64,000 nucleotides of DNA, taken from the NCBI GenBank assembly GCA_965222075.1, contig OZ244937.1:3424001-3488000 (forward strand). The letters run 5' to 3'. Numbering within the stretch: the first letter of the stretch is position 1; each line of letters begins with the position of its first letter. A program made the position numbers and the translations under genes. The notes under the pieces were generated by a model. It had not been told where the DNA came from. It searched no databases and saw nothing but the letters and a program-made list of their open reading frames with translations. Origin of the DNA: Candidatus Latescibacterota bacterium (GTDB lineage Bacteria; Latescibacterota; UBA2968; GCA-2709665). Shown one piece after another: positions 1-10,244 of this stretch.

Positions 1-1613
1 AGGACCTTTGCAACCACGGCTTCGATGTCGCCTTCATCGACGAACGGCGACAGGATATACGATTTTAAAGCGAAGATGGGCTCCTGATAGCTGGTGCGCC
101 GATAACAGTCGGTCGAGGAAATGACGACGCCGCGTCCAGCCATGGCCTCCGAGTGCACATATCGAAATATCTCTCGATTATAGTCGTTATGAGCGAGCAA
201 GGTATCCCGGTACGCGGGGTTGCCAAATTCCTGGTCCTTGATTGCAAAGGTATCGACGCCCAGGGGATATGCGCGGAAGAGCGTTACCGTGCCGAAATTG
301 TCCCGGTTCAGCACGGTCGTGCCTTCGTGGCCTTCGAGATGCTCGCGCAGGAGTTGGGCCATCTCGACGATGTGTCCGACTACGACCTGTAACCCTTGCT
401 CGCCAAACAAGCGAAAATTGGCGAGGGCCGCAAGAGGCCCTGTCCCCGCTCTCGATGTTTCAAGGGTGTACATCCCGGGTCGGTGTTCGCCAAAATGATA
501 GAGGTAGGGCATCTGTTCCGCGTGCCGCGTCACCAGCTGCAGATCCTCCCGGTTTTTGACGAGGACGAGGCTGGAGATATAAGGAGCAAAACCGGTCTTG
601 TGAAAGTCGACGCCAATGGAATCGGCCAGCGACAAATGGCGTATTCGACGACACGTGCCTGCCAGGGCACGGAGTGTGCGCGGCCGAAATCCCAGGGGGT
701 TACTCTCAAAATCGTACTCGTTGAAGACCGACCAGGCCCAGCCGATGACAGCGTCGGCGTGAATGTGCGGACAATAGGCGAGCTGGAATTCCTCCACCAG
801 GGTGTCTCGCAGGGCCACGATCCCCTGTAAATCGTCCAACCCGAACGCATCGGTGGTCCCCAGGGTCGCAATGATGGCGGCGATCTTTTTTCCGCTTGAC
901 AATGCCGTCCGAGCGGCTTGTTCGAGATGGAGGAGGTCGATTTCGTTTTCAGCTGTCGTCGGAATCGCGACCAAATTGTCGGTTCCTATTCCGAGCCACC
1001 CGGCAATGTTCGTGGCACAGTAATGTCCGGCCTCTGAAACCAACACGACAACGTCCTCCGATACGCCCTTGTGCACGGCCTGCGGACAGGCCTTTTCCAG
1101 TCCAATTTTCACCCCGTACAGCGATGTTCCAGTGCCGCCAAATGTAAACACGCCGCTCGCCAGTTCCGGGTTGTACCCGATCAAGTTCGCGGTGATACCA
1201 ACCGCCTCAACTTCGGCCAGCGCCACGAGGCGGCTGTATTCATCCCAGGCGACATTGGGGTTGTACAGCGAAGAGAGCAGAACGCCGACCAGGCTCGGAA
1301 TGGTCGGCGGAGGGATGACGTTTTGTTGGGTGCGAGGATGACCGAAGATGGTCATGCCTCGCAGATAGCTTACGAGGTCGGATGTGACCGACTCAACCGA
1401 GGCCATTTGGACGGATAACTTCGCGTTCCTCGCCGCATCGAAATCGCCTGGGACGACGGAACCGAGAATCGGCAACTGCGTTTTAAGCACGTCAACCTGA
1501 TCCAGGGCGCGCATTATGGAGTGCACGAAATAGGAGTCGTGGATCGGGTCGGATACCGGTTGGGGAAATGCAAGCCGGACTTTCTTCAGGATTTCGCGAT
1601 AGGGCGTGGTCAT
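1..1613 (-). CDS. Group II pyridoxal-dependent decarboxylase (3' end outside window)
   Basis: Manual translation of the minus strand from ATG 1613 (MTTPYREILKK...). PLP-lysine motif LADSIGVDFHKTG is in frame near 600. Absent from the ORF track because the stop lies outside the window. Confidence 0.85.
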   Translation of the reverse strand, partial: MTTPYREILKKVRLAFPQPVSDPIHDSYFVHSIMRALDQVDVLKTQLPILGSVVPGDFDAARNAKLSVQMASVESVTSDLVSYLRGMTIFGHPRTQQNVIPPPTIPSLVGVLLSSLYNPNVAWDEYSRLVALAEVEAVGITANLIGYNPELASGVFTFGGTGTSLYGVKIGLEKACPQAVHKGVSEDVVVLVSEAGHYCATNIAGWLGIGTDNLVAIPTTAENEIDLLHLEQAARTALSSGKKIAAIIATLGTTDAFGLDDLQGIVALRDTLVEEFQLAYCPHIHADAVIGWAWSVFNEYDFESNPLGFRPRTLRALAGTCRRIRHLSLADSIGVDFHKTGFAPYISSLVLVKNREDLQLVTRHAEQMPYLYHFGEHRPGMYTLETSRAGTGPLAALANFRLFGEQGLQVVVGHIVEMAQLLREHLEGHEGTTVLNRDNFGTVTLFRAYPLGVDTFAIKDQEFGNPAYRDTLLAHNDYNREIFRYVHSEAMAGRGVVISSTDCYRRTSYQEPIFALKSYILSPFVDEGDIEAVVAKV

Positions 1614-1649
1614 GGCTCTGAACATGTAAAAATAAAAGGTTATAGGACG

Positions 1650-1684
1650 CACGTCTCCCCGGAGAATCACCCCGGAGAGACGTG
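1650..1684 (-). terminator. Probable terminator hairpin downstream of tmRNA
   Basis: CACGTCTCCCCGG/CCGGAGAGACGTG stem, followed on the minus strand by a T-rich run (ccttttattttt). Confidence 0.55.
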
Positions 1685-1699
1685 TTGTGTTTTAAAGAT

Positions 1700-2064
1700 T
1701 GGTGGAGGCGGCGGGAATCGAACCCGCGTCCGAAGGCAGTTCAACGACAGCGTCTACGTGTGTAGTCTACCTTTTGAGTCTCACGCGCCGACACCCCGGT
1801 AAACAGGGTTGCCCACACGCCAGCCCGATTAAAATCTCACCCGGAACCCTCGGGGCGGAGGCGCCCGGGCCAGCCTGCATCAGTCGACGCCCCGGCCATA
1901 TCCTGCAAGCGGGATCTGACGGGACGGGCTGCGCTTTAGTTACGCAGCCAGTGCGTACGAGTTATCGTTCGCAGTTGTGTTTTTCCCCACTGGTTTAACG
2001 AGGTAAATGGGACCTCGACACGCAGCTCTCGTCTCCCCCCCTCCGTCGAAGCCTTGTCGCCCCC
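1700..2064 (-). ncRNA. ssrA: tmRNA; tag peptide ANDNSYALAA* (1972-1940)
   Basis: 5' GGGGGCG pairs with 3' CGCCTCC-A-CCA including the G3-U alanine wobble; T-arm GGGTTCGATTCCC; internal tag ORF ends YALAA. Confidence 0.97.
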
Positions 2065-2112
2065 ACGCAAAATAAAGAAACAGGCCGGATCATCCGAACT
2101 TCCGACCTTGAA

Positions 2113-2141
2113 AAGATAACCACGCGCCCCCACGCTGTCAA
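2113..2141 (-). promoter_or_regulatory. Sigma70-type promoter of ssrA
   Basis: Minus strand TTGACA (2141-2136), 17 bp spacer, TATCTT (2118-2113). Confidence 0.7.
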
Positions 2142-2224
2142 GTTGACACACCCACAGATCATATTGTGTATATTACCGGAAACAGCGCTGTTACCTCCTG
2201 ACACACCCGCAGAGGAGGAAGCCC

Positions 2225-3235
2225 ATGAAAATCGCCATACTCCACGGTCCGCGCGACCTCCGCATCGAAGAACGTCCCCTGGATACCGCGAACCTGAAAC
2301 CCGACCGGATCTGGGTAGAGACCGAAATTTCCGCCCTGAAAATCGGCACGGATCGGGGCAATTACGAAGGCGCGGAACAGGTCCCCGGAGCGCCGGACTA
2401 TCCCCGCTGGGTCGGAGACAGCAACCTGGGGATTGTACGCGGCATCGGCAGTGCGGTCACCCGCTTTCAGGTCGGCGACCGGGTCGTGTCCCGCTATTAC
2501 CACCAGTCAGAGTATATCGCCGGCGAGTCGGAGTCCATCGTCAAGGTGCCCGAATCGGTCCACCCGGAAGACGGGGTATTTGCCCACCTCTACACCCTCA
2601 GCGCCCACTGCTATCGCAAAGCGTTCTTCCGCCCCGGGGAAAACGTCGCCGTAATCGGCCTGGGCGTCCTCGGGCTGGGCGCCGTGGCCATAGGCCCGCT
2701 CTTCGGCGCCCGCGTCGTCGGCCTGGGCAACAGCCCGGTCCGCCTGAAAATGGCCGAACGCATGGGCGCGCATGCGGCCTTATTGTCCGACGATCCGGAC
2801 CTCGAAACCAGACTCGACGCGTTTACCGACGGCGTGGGCATCGACCTGGTTATTCTCACCGCAAACCCCTGGCCGGCCTTCCGCACCGCCGTGCAGATCG
2901 TTCGCCCCAACGGCCGCGTCTCCATCGTCAGCCTGCTGGGACGGGGCGAACCGCCCCTCGATTTCAACCCCCTGGCCATGGAGTGGTTCTACAACAAAGG
3001 CATCTCCCTGATTGCGGTAAGCCAGCAGGCAGGCTATTTATACCCCACCCCCGAAAACCGTTTTGACGACATCCGCGCCTGTGCGCACACCCTCTCGCTG
3101 ATGGCCGAAGGCCGCTTAGAGCCCAAACGCCTGATCACGCACCGGTTCCACTACACGGAAATGGTCGAGGCCTACGAGATGGCGTTTCACCGGGAAAAGT
3201 CCATGCTCGGCGTAATCTTCAACTGGGACACATAG
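2225..3235 (+). CDS. Zinc-binding alcohol dehydrogenase (MDR) family protein
   Basis: GroES-like N-terminus, GLGVLG Rossmann motif, LITHRF C-terminus; GAGGAGG RBS. Confidence 0.85.
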   Translation: MKIAILHGPRDLRIEERPLDTANLKPDRIWVETEISALKIGTDRGNYEGAEQVPGAPDYPRWVGDSNLGIVRGIGSAVTRFQVGDRVVSRYYHQSEYIAGESESIVKVPESVHPEDGVFAHLYTLSAHCYRKAFFRPGENVAVIGLGVLGLGAVAIGPLFGARVVGLGNSPVRLKMAERMGAHAALLSDDPDLETRLDAFTDGVGIDLVILTANPWPAFRTAVQIVRPNGRVSIVSLLGRGEPPLDFNPLAMEWFYNKGISLIAVSQQAGYLYPTPENRFDDIRACAHTLSLMAEGRLEPKRLITHRFHYTEMVEAYEMAFHREKSMLGVIFNWDT

Positions 3236-3246
3236 CCCTTAAACGC

Positions 3247-4242
3247 TCACTCATCTTCGGTTATGGCGTCGAAAAACTTGACCACGTTCCCCCTGTCCTC
3301 CGTGGTGTTGAACGCCATAGCAGAACGCGGATGCTGGTTCAAAATTCCCGTGATCATATACGGTAGGTCGAACCCCCACAGCAGCTCTGACCGCATCGGC
3401 TCAATATGCTCCTGAATGCACTGGAGAATCGGCCGGAGGCGGAACTTCGGGTTGTGCAAAAAACCGATCAACAGCTCAATCGGACAGTTGCCGGCCCCGC
3501 GTCCCAGTCCCGCCATCGTCGCGTCAATCATCGTTGCGCCCAGAACAATCCCCTCAATCGTATTGGCATAGGCCAGTTGCTGGTTGTTGTGTGCGTGTAT
3601 TCCCACCTGCTTCCCCGCCGGTTCCGAGCGCTCGAGAAACCGCTTCATAAATGTCTGAATCTGTTCGCTGTAGAGGTGCCCGAAACTGTCCACCACGTAG
3701 ATGGCATCCACCTCCGAATTCACCAGGAGTTCCAGCCCTTTGTCCAGCTCCCGTTCCTGAACGGTTGAAACCGCCATCAGGTTGACGGTGGTTTCGTAGC
3801 CCTTGTCGTGGGCGTCTTTGATCATATCTAAGGCCGTGGGAATCTGGTGGATGTAGGTCGCCACCCGGATCATATCCAGCACGCTTTCGCTTTTGGGCAG
3901 AACGTCCTCGCGGTAATCGCTCTTCTCCGCGTCCGCCATCGCCGAAAGTTTCAGGGGCGTATCGTTTTCTCCCACAATGCGCCGGATATGCTCCTCGTCG
4001 CAGAACTTCCACGCGCCGTGCTCGGTCGAGGCAAAAAGCTTTTTGGAGTTCTTGTACCCAATCTCCATATAGTCGATACCGCTCTCCACGCAGGCGTTGT
4101 ACACGGCCTTTACGACGTCATCGTCGAACTGGTGATCGTTCATCAACCCCCCATCCCGAATCGTACAGTCCAGAACCTTGATCTCCTCGCGGTAGGACAC
4201 CCACTGCCCGGCAGCACTCTCTTTCGACTTCGGCATTTCCAT
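3247..4242 (-). CDS. DRE-TIM metallolyase, HMGL/4-hydroxy-2-oxovalerate aldolase-like
   Basis: LDCTIRDGG, GIHAHNN and GLGRGAGN motifs. Confidence 0.85.
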   Translation of the reverse strand: MEMPKSKESAAGQWVSYREEIKVLDCTIRDGGLMNDHQFDDDVVKAVYNACVESGIDYMEIGYKNSKKLFASTEHGAWKFCDEEHIRRIVGENDTPLKLSAMADAEKSDYREDVLPKSESVLDMIRVATYIHQIPTALDMIKDAHDKGYETTVNLMAVSTVQERELDKGLELLVNSEVDAIYVVDSFGHLYSEQIQTFMKRFLERSEPAGKQVGIHAHNNQQLAYANTIEGIVLGATMIDATMAGLGRGAGNCPIELLIGFLHNPKFRLRPILQCIQEHIEPMRSELLWGFDLPYMITGILNQHPRSAMAFNTTEDRGNVVKFFDAITEDE

Positions 4243-4388
4243 ACTGGTCTCTCCTTTACCTCTGTCCATTCACGATTACCAACACACCGTCAAGTCGGTT
4301 GAAAACCAACAGCCCACGGTAGAATTTATCCCGGCTAAATATGGCTTTTTCAGCCCTCTGAATCAAGTTCAAATGTGTCTGGATGGGA

Positions 4389-5645
4389 TTATTGGTCGTC
4401 CAAACCAATATAAATTGTAAACCGCACCCGCTTAAACCGCCGGCCCAGCGCAATCGCCCGGTCTTTAACACCCTCCAGATCCCGCTGGTTCAGCACATCC
4501 ACAATACAATCGGCGATCTCGGGCGCATCCGCCTCCGTCATCCCGTACCGGGTCACCTCCTGCACCCCGATGCGTAGCCCGTGCCTCCCCAGTTCTTCGG
4601 GAATTCCCGCTGCCCCGGCAATGATATGGCACGCCTCAAGCCGGTCGGCAACCACCTTGCCCTCACCAAATTCATCCACAATCGGCAGGAGCATGTGAGA
4701 CTCTGTAATCCCGAACTGCGCCCCCACCACAGGAATGCCGCGCTCGTAGAGCGCCCTGCCCAACGCCTTTGCATTGCCGGTAATCGCATCTGCATGCGCC
4801 CCCCCGCAGGCCATCCACTCCAGAAACGTCCCGGCAAGCGCGGGCAGGCGGCCGAGGTGGTGGTTGGCAATCATCAAAGGGGAAGTTGCCGACCCGATTC
4901 GTTCGGCAATCGACCGATCGTTGGCCAGAATCATGCCCCCCTGAGGACCGGCAAGGGTCTTGTGGGTGCTGGTAATCACCACATCGGCCCCTTCCTGGAG
5001 CGGGGATTGAAATCGCCCACCCGCAATCAGCCCCAGAACGTGGGCCGCGTCGTAGATCAAATAAGAACCGGGAGAGTACTTCTCCATGGCCTCCTTGAGC
5101 TCCCGCACCGGCAGGGGAAAGAGAAAAGTGGACGACCCAATACTCACGATTCTGGGCCGATGCTTGCGAATGAGCGAAACGGTCTGGTCCAGGTCCACGT
5201 TGAACCGCACCCCATCCCAGGGAATCGGAACCGGCTGGAGGTCCACTTTCAAAGCCGACGAGGCCAGCTTCTCTGCATACCGGTGCCCGTTCTGAGCCTC
5301 CAGCACCGTATCGCCCGGACTGCCCAGTGCAAACGCGGCGATAATCCCCGCAATATTTCCCGACAGCGGACGAAGTTCCACAAACCCCGCGCCAAACAGC
5401 TCCTTCGCCAGTTCCTGCGTAAACACCTCAATCTCTCCGACAAACCTGCCCCCCTGGTAAGCCTGCATTCTCGGATCGATACCGCTGTAATACCCGTACC
5501 GACGGTCCAGATCCTCGGTAATCAGCCTTTCCACCAGAGGACTGGGTGTATTCTCAGACGCAATGAGATTCAAACAGTTTTCTCGAAACGTCTTGTGCTT
5601 CTCAATCAGCGACTCGACATTCTGAATTTTAAGATCAAAATCCAT
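4389..5645 (-). CDS. Divergent serine hydroxymethyltransferase-family PLP enzyme
   Basis: LNLIASEN, YDAAH, STHKTLAGPQGG and GLRIGVQEVTR motifs. Confidence 0.8.
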   Translation of the reverse strand: MDFDLKIQNVESLIEKHKTFRENCLNLIASENTPSPLVERLITEDLDRRYGYYSGIDPRMQAYQGGRFVGEIEVFTQELAKELFGAGFVELRPLSGNIAGIIAAFALGSPGDTVLEAQNGHRYAEKLASSALKVDLQPVPIPWDGVRFNVDLDQTVSLIRKHRPRIVSIGSSTFLFPLPVRELKEAMEKYSPGSYLIYDAAHVLGLIAGGRFQSPLQEGADVVITSTHKTLAGPQGGMILANDRSIAERIGSATSPLMIANHHLGRLPALAGTFLEWMACGGAHADAITGNAKALGRALYERGIPVVGAQFGITESHMLLPIVDEFGEGKVVADRLEACHIIAGAAGIPEELGRHGLRIGVQEVTRYGMTEADAPEIADCIVDVLNQRDLEGVKDRAIALGRRFKRVRFTIYIGLDDQ

Positions 5646-5687
5646 CCCCGTCTCCTCAATCCAAGATTTTTCAATCCGCAATTGAGC

Positions 5688-7325
5688 CTACCACCCAATC
5701 GCATACCCATCCCGCCTCGGATCGGCGCCCCCCATAAAGGAACCCGTCTCCGGGTCTACCATTATGCCCTGCCCGCCGCCCACGCCGGGGGACCAGTCTC
5801 CCAGACGGTTGAACCGGTGCCCCATCTCCTCCAGCGCGGCCAGCACCTCCTGGGCAATCCGCGTCTCCACACACACTGTGTACCCCGGCGAAGTGGCCTT
5901 CACACGGGGCGCTTCAATTGCCGCCTGAACGTTCATATTGTGATCCAGCACATTCATAATCATCTGAGGCGTCGTCTGCAAAATACCGTAACTGCCCGGT
6001 GTGCCGATCAGCAGGCGCAACCCCTGGTCATCCCACACCTGGGCCGGCGACATGCACATCTCGATCTTCTTGGACGGCCCCACAGCGTTGGGACTCTGCG
6101 GCTCCAGATCGAACCACCGCATCATGTTGTTCAGCGCAATCCCCGTACCCGGCACAACCATGGCCGAACCGAACCCGCTGCCCAGGCTCTGGGTCACTGC
6201 AACCGCATTGCCATCCGCATCGGCCGTATCGAAGTGCGTCGTACACTCGGTCTGCATCCACGCGTATGGATCTCCGGCCAGCACCTCATCCGCCATCTTC
6301 GTCGCCGTGTAGACCTCACCCCCCGTAGGCCGTGCCCGTTCCCCGATTCGTTTGCGTCGCTCGCTTGCGTACTCCTTGGAGAGCAGGCCGGCCACAGGCG
6401 GAGCCTCGATTCCGGTGTACTCCGCCCGGTCCGCCGTCGCCAGTTTCGCCGCTTCGATAAACCGGTGCAGCGTCGCCGCCGTATTGTGACCCATCCCGCC
6501 CACATCGAACCCCTCCATCATATTGAGCATCTCCAGATACTGCACGGCCTGGCAGGGCGGGGGCGGCACAAAAACCCTGTACCCCCGGTAATCCACGTGG
6601 ACCGGATCGAGCCAGACCGGTTCAAATCCGCTTAAATCTTCGTGGGTGATCAACCCGCCGCTCTCCTCCATATACCGTACAATCCGATCTGCGATCTCCC
6701 CCCTGTAAAAAACATCCGGCCCGCCCTCAACAACCGCACAAAACGTGCGGGCGAGGTCCTGCTGAACCAGAACCTCGCCGGGCCTCGGCGCCCTGCCGTC
6801 AATCAAATAGGTCGCCGCCGAAGAGGGATACTTGCTCAGATCCGCCGCATTGGACCCGGTAAACAGGTGATTCTTAACGGTAAACGCAAACCCCTGCTCC
6901 GCGTACTCGATCGCCGGTGCAAAAACCGTCCCCACATCCATTGTCCCGTACCGGCGCAGCGCCTCCAGCCACCCCCCGCAGGCGCCGGGAACCAGGGGCG
7001 TAAGCGGCCCCCGGTCCCGCCTCTCCGGGCTGTCGTAGAGTGCAAGCTCTGCAGCCTTGGGCGAAAGCCCCATGTAGTCGAGCACCCTGTGCGCTTTCTC
7101 CCGCACGCTGTAAACATGCATGAACCCATCCCCACCAATGCCCGACATATAAGGCTCAACCACGTTCAGCGCAGCCGCAGTGGCCACGGCCGCATCGATC
7201 GCATTGCCCCCCTGCATCAGAATGCGCAAACCGGCAATCGACGCAAGTGGGTGGGCCGACGCAATCATCCCCCGGGTACCTGTGACCGTCGCGCGGTTGA
7301 CACTACCTGTAGCAGAAAAAGCCAT
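5688..7325 (-). CDS. ggt: Gamma-glutamyltransferase
   Basis: GGNAIDAAVA, catalytic TTHF, GTPG, GGADPRRDG; start set at ATG 7325. Confidence 0.92.
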   Translation of the reverse strand: MAFSATGSVNRATVTGTRGMIASAHPLASIAGLRILMQGGNAIDAAVATAAALNVVEPYMSGIGGDGFMHVYSVREKAHRVLDYMGLSPKAAELALYDSPERRDRGPLTPLVPGACGGWLEALRRYGTMDVGTVFAPAIEYAEQGFAFTVKNHLFTGSNAADLSKYPSSAATYLIDGRAPRPGEVLVQQDLARTFCAVVEGGPDVFYRGEIADRIVRYMEESGGLITHEDLSGFEPVWLDPVHVDYRGYRVFVPPPPCQAVQYLEMLNMMEGFDVGGMGHNTAATLHRFIEAAKLATADRAEYTGIEAPPVAGLLSKEYASERRKRIGERARPTGGEVYTATKMADEVLAGDPYAWMQTECTTHFDTADADGNAVAVTQSLGSGFGSAMVVPGTGIALNNMMRWFDLEPQSPNAVGPSKKIEMCMSPAQVWDDQGLRLLIGTPGSYGILQTTPQMIMNVLDHNMNVQAAIEAPRVKATSPGYTVCVETRIAQEVLAALEEMGHRFNRLGDWSPGVGGGQGIMVDPETGSFMGGADPRRDGYAIGW

Positions 7326-7352
7326 AGGACAACACTCCTTGGAAGGGGTGAA

Positions 7353-7465
7353 GGGGCTTTTCCGCGCAGATCCCTCCAGCACCATCGTCCAAAAACGCCC
7401 CAAAGGTCCGCTGGGCACAAACGCCCGCTTCCACCACAGGCGCAGTTCGCGGAAAAGCAGCCCCC
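7353..7465. repeat. Dispersed ~115 bp palindromic repeat, copy 1
   Basis: Terminal GCTTTTCCGCG...CGCGGAAAAGC; shares AAACGCCCCAAAGGTCCGC with the copy at 20442-20584. Confidence 0.75.
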
Positions 7466-7494
7466 GCGGCGTCTGAGCGGCGCCCTTCTTTTTC

Positions 7495-7526
7495 GGCCTT
7501 TTTCTTGGGCGAACAAGAAAAAGGCC
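7495..7526. repeat. REP-like or terminator-like hairpin
   Basis: GGCCTTTTTCTTG-ggcgaa-CAAGAAAAAGGCC, perfect 13 bp stem. Confidence 0.6.
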
Positions 7527-7689
7527 AAAAGCAAAAGAACAATTGAACCCGGGTATCTGCTGAACGAACCTGGTCAAGAGAACCACTAAGAGACACGGTT
7601 GAAGACCCCTTGACATTCGCAACCCGCTTTCTTTCTTTTCAGCACCCGACGAAACGTATCAATCCATAACCCAACACCACGAGGCATCC

Positions 7690-8514
7690 ATGAAACTGGG
7701 CTACAGCACTTACGCCATGCAGCGCCTCGATATTTTTGAGGCCCTGCCCCGGATTCGGGCCATCGGCTACGATGCCATGGAGATCGCCGTGGGCGACGAC
7801 TGGCCCACGGCCCCCCACAAACTCGACGCGGCCGCCCGTCAGAAACTGGCGGACCTGCTGCAGGACCTGGGCTTCCCGCCGCCCGTCCTCTTCGGTCCCG
7901 TACCCACCTGTGCCCGGGGGGACGCGCGGCAGGCCATGCTCGGCCGGTTCGCCGGGATCTGCGCCCTGGCCCGGGACCTGAATTTCGGCGGCGAACCGGC
8001 CGTGGTCACCAGCACCCTGAGCGGCCGCCAACTCGACTGGGACGCCGACAAGCAGGCTGTTGCCGACGACCTCCTCGAACTGGCGGACCTGGCGGCCGGA
8101 GCCAGCGCCATCCTGGCAATCGAACCGCACGTGGGCGGTGCGTTCGACACCCCCGAGAAAGCCGCCTGGCTCATGCAGCAGACCGATCACTCCCACCTGA
8201 AGCTCAACTTCGACTACAGCCACTTCTTCGTCCAGGACATGGACCTGCAGCGCTGCGTTGACCTGTGCCTGCCCTGTGCCGCCCACATCCACATCAAGGA
8301 CGGAACCCTGGCCGGCAACCGGGTCAAATTCCTCCTGCCCGGCGAAGGCAAGTTAAATCTGACGACCTACATCAAAGCCTTAATCCAGGCCGGCCTCACG
8401 GTCCCCGTCACCGCCGAAGTCAGCGCCATGATATGGAGAGAGCCGGACTACGACCCCTGGGCCGCAGCGGAATTCTGTTACCGTGCCCTGAACCAGGCCC
8501 GCCGGGACGCCTGA
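7690..8514 (+). CDS. Sugar phosphate isomerase/epimerase (xylose isomerase-like TIM barrel)
   Basis: AIEPH, NFDYSH and HIHIKD metal-binding motifs. Confidence 0.85.
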   Translation: MKLGYSTYAMQRLDIFEALPRIRAIGYDAMEIAVGDDWPTAPHKLDAAARQKLADLLQDLGFPPPVLFGPVPTCARGDARQAMLGRFAGICALARDLNFGGEPAVVTSTLSGRQLDWDADKQAVADDLLELADLAAGASAILAIEPHVGGAFDTPEKAAWLMQQTDHSHLKLNFDYSHFFVQDMDLQRCVDLCLPCAAHIHIKDGTLAGNRVKFLLPGEGKLNLTTYIKALIQAGLTVPVTAEVSAMIWREPDYDPWAAAEFCYRALNQARRDA

Positions 8515-8617
8515 TGCATCTCAAAATACGTTGCGTTGACAGATCCACCGCCTTCGGGTCAAACGCTTCCACCACCGGGTACAGTTAGAAACCCAGGGAA
8601 ACCCATCTACCGAAAGG

Positions 8618-9688
8618 CTATTTTTCAAGAAGCTCCTCCAGCGCGAGAGAATCCGAATAGGCGAACAGCGCCGGAAGGCCTCCGGTATGAATGAAAAGGA
8701 CCTTTCGACCCGGATCGATTAAACCGCGTCGGACGTGATCGATCAGACCCGCCATCGCCTTCGACGTATACACCGGATCGAGCAGCAGCCCGTCGCTGCG
8801 CCCGACCAGCCGCATCGCCTCCTTCCCTTCATCCGTCACCACCGCGTAACCGGGCCCGACATAGTCGACCGTGCTGATGATCTCATCGGGGGTAAGCCGG
8901 GTCGGCAGCCCGAGAATCTCCGCACACTCGTTTCCGATGTGGGAGATGCACTCCGGAAAGGTCCAGCCCGGGGTGATCGGGTCGGGAAGCGCCGGAAGGC
9001 CGACCAGGCGAATGGGAGACTCAAGGTGTTTCAGCGCAATGGCAAGCCCGGCCTGGGTCGTGTCCGACGAGCAGACCCAGATCTCGTCGATCTTCAAATT
9101 CAGATCCTCCGCCTGTTCCACCATTTCCACAAACGCTTGCGCGTACCCGCAGGCGTAAAGCCCCAGCCTCGACTCGTCTCCAAGGCGGGCCACGTAAACC
9201 CGCTTCCCCTGCGCCTCCAGCTCCTTTCCCCGCTGCCGGATGCGCTTGCCCTGAACCGTCCAATCTTCCCCTTCGAAAACTTCTACCTGAGCGCCCACGA
9301 TGAGGTCCAGAAGAAAGTTCCCCTGGATCTCGTCGTCCCGCTTCCCCCGGACCTTCCGAAGGACCAGGTGGCACGCCAGCCCCAGCTTCGCACAGGACGC
9401 CGCGAGCTGCCGGCAAAAGTTGGACTGAACCGCAGCGCCGGCAACAACCGCATCCGCCCCACTTTCCACGGCCTCACCCAAAACATACTCGAACATCCGG
9501 GTCTTATTTCCACCTGCTGCCAGGCCGGTGAGATCGTCCCGTTTTACCCAGATCTCAGGCCCGCCCAGTTCGCGCGTCAAGCCTGGACAGGGCTCAAGAT
9601 CCGTAGGTAAGTTGGCCAGAGAAACCCGTGGAAGCGCATCCAGCGCCTCCTTCAACTCGGCCAGACGCCGTTCGCTTGCGTTTTTCAT
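8618..9688 (-). CDS. D-cysteine desulfhydrase / ACC deaminase family PLP enzyme
   Basis: KRDDLTG..GGNKTR, QSNFCR, LLDPVYTSKA and FIHTGG motifs. Confidence 0.9.
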   Translation of the reverse strand: MKNASERRLAELKEALDALPRVSLANLPTDLEPCPGLTRELGGPEIWVKRDDLTGLAAGGNKTRMFEYVLGEAVESGADAVVAGAAVQSNFCRQLAASCAKLGLACHLVLRKVRGKRDDEIQGNFLLDLIVGAQVEVFEGEDWTVQGKRIRQRGKELEAQGKRVYVARLGDESRLGLYACGYAQAFVEMVEQAEDLNLKIDEIWVCSSDTTQAGLAIALKHLESPIRLVGLPALPDPITPGWTFPECISHIGNECAEILGLPTRLTPDEIISTVDYVGPGYAVVTDEGKEAMRLVGRSDGLLLDPVYTSKAMAGLIDHVRRGLIDPGRKVLFIHTGGLPALFAYSDSLALEELLEK

Positions 9689-9742
9689 GAAATACCCTTT
9701 CCACTTCTGGTGCCAATGTGAATTTCAGGTCTGCTATCTTCT

Positions 9743-10006
9743 TCACTTCCTGGACATCCCCCTGGTATAAACCTTCCCCTGAATCATCTTGTGAGCCGGA
9801 CAGCCTCCGATCAGTATCAACCTGGCAAACTTCTGTTCACACTGCGGGCATGTTAACCCCCCTCCGGTGCGATCCTCAACAATCCGCTCCACAAAACATT
9901 TGACCAGACCGCCCCGGCCCCCTTTACGATACTTGTAAAGAAGCGTCTTACACTTCGCGCAGTAAATCGAGATTGTCCGGCGGTCTATCTTCGCTTTCCT
10001 GGCCAT
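9743..10006 (-). CDS. Small zinc-ribbon protein
   Basis: CAKC...CPQC; YRKGGRGGLVKC. Confidence 0.7.
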   Translation of the reverse strand: MARKAKIDRRTISIYCAKCKTLLYKYRKGGRGGLVKCFVERIVEDRTGGGLTCPQCEQKFARLILIGGCPAHKMIQGKVYTRGMSRK

Positions 10007-10209
10007 CGCCCACAGCTCCAACAGCCTGCATCAACCGAGCTGAGAAAGAATACGCTCCATGAGAAACAATATACACCCTCCGAAGTGGAAAAGGTAGCCA
10101 AAGATGAAGCGATCCTGAGTCCGGAGAGGCTGCTTCGAGCCGGTGCCCGCAAGATGCAGCAGGACGTCCCTGTGATACCTTCTCTGTTTCCTATCCAAAG
10201 AGGCTCTCA

Positions 10210-10244
10210 CCCGCTGTCGAAACCATTTGACAGCGGGCTTTTTT
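10210..10244 (+). terminator. Rho-independent terminator-like hairpin
   Basis: CCCGCTGTC-N10-GACAGCGGG followed by CTTTTTT. Confidence 0.65.

Noticed and set aside
1700-1775. tRNA gene
   Set aside because: The tRNA-like 3' end belongs to tmRNA; its 5' partner is at 2064 and a tag ORF lies between.
4581-6635. 684-aa + strand ORF and other long antisense ORFs (11163-13724, 16399-18459, 57812-58885)
   Set aside because: Shadow ORFs of high-GC genes on the opposite strand with no recognisable motifs.
7326-7622. N-terminal extension of GGT in the ORF track
   Set aside because: It spans the dispersed repeat; GGT homology starts at ATG 7325.
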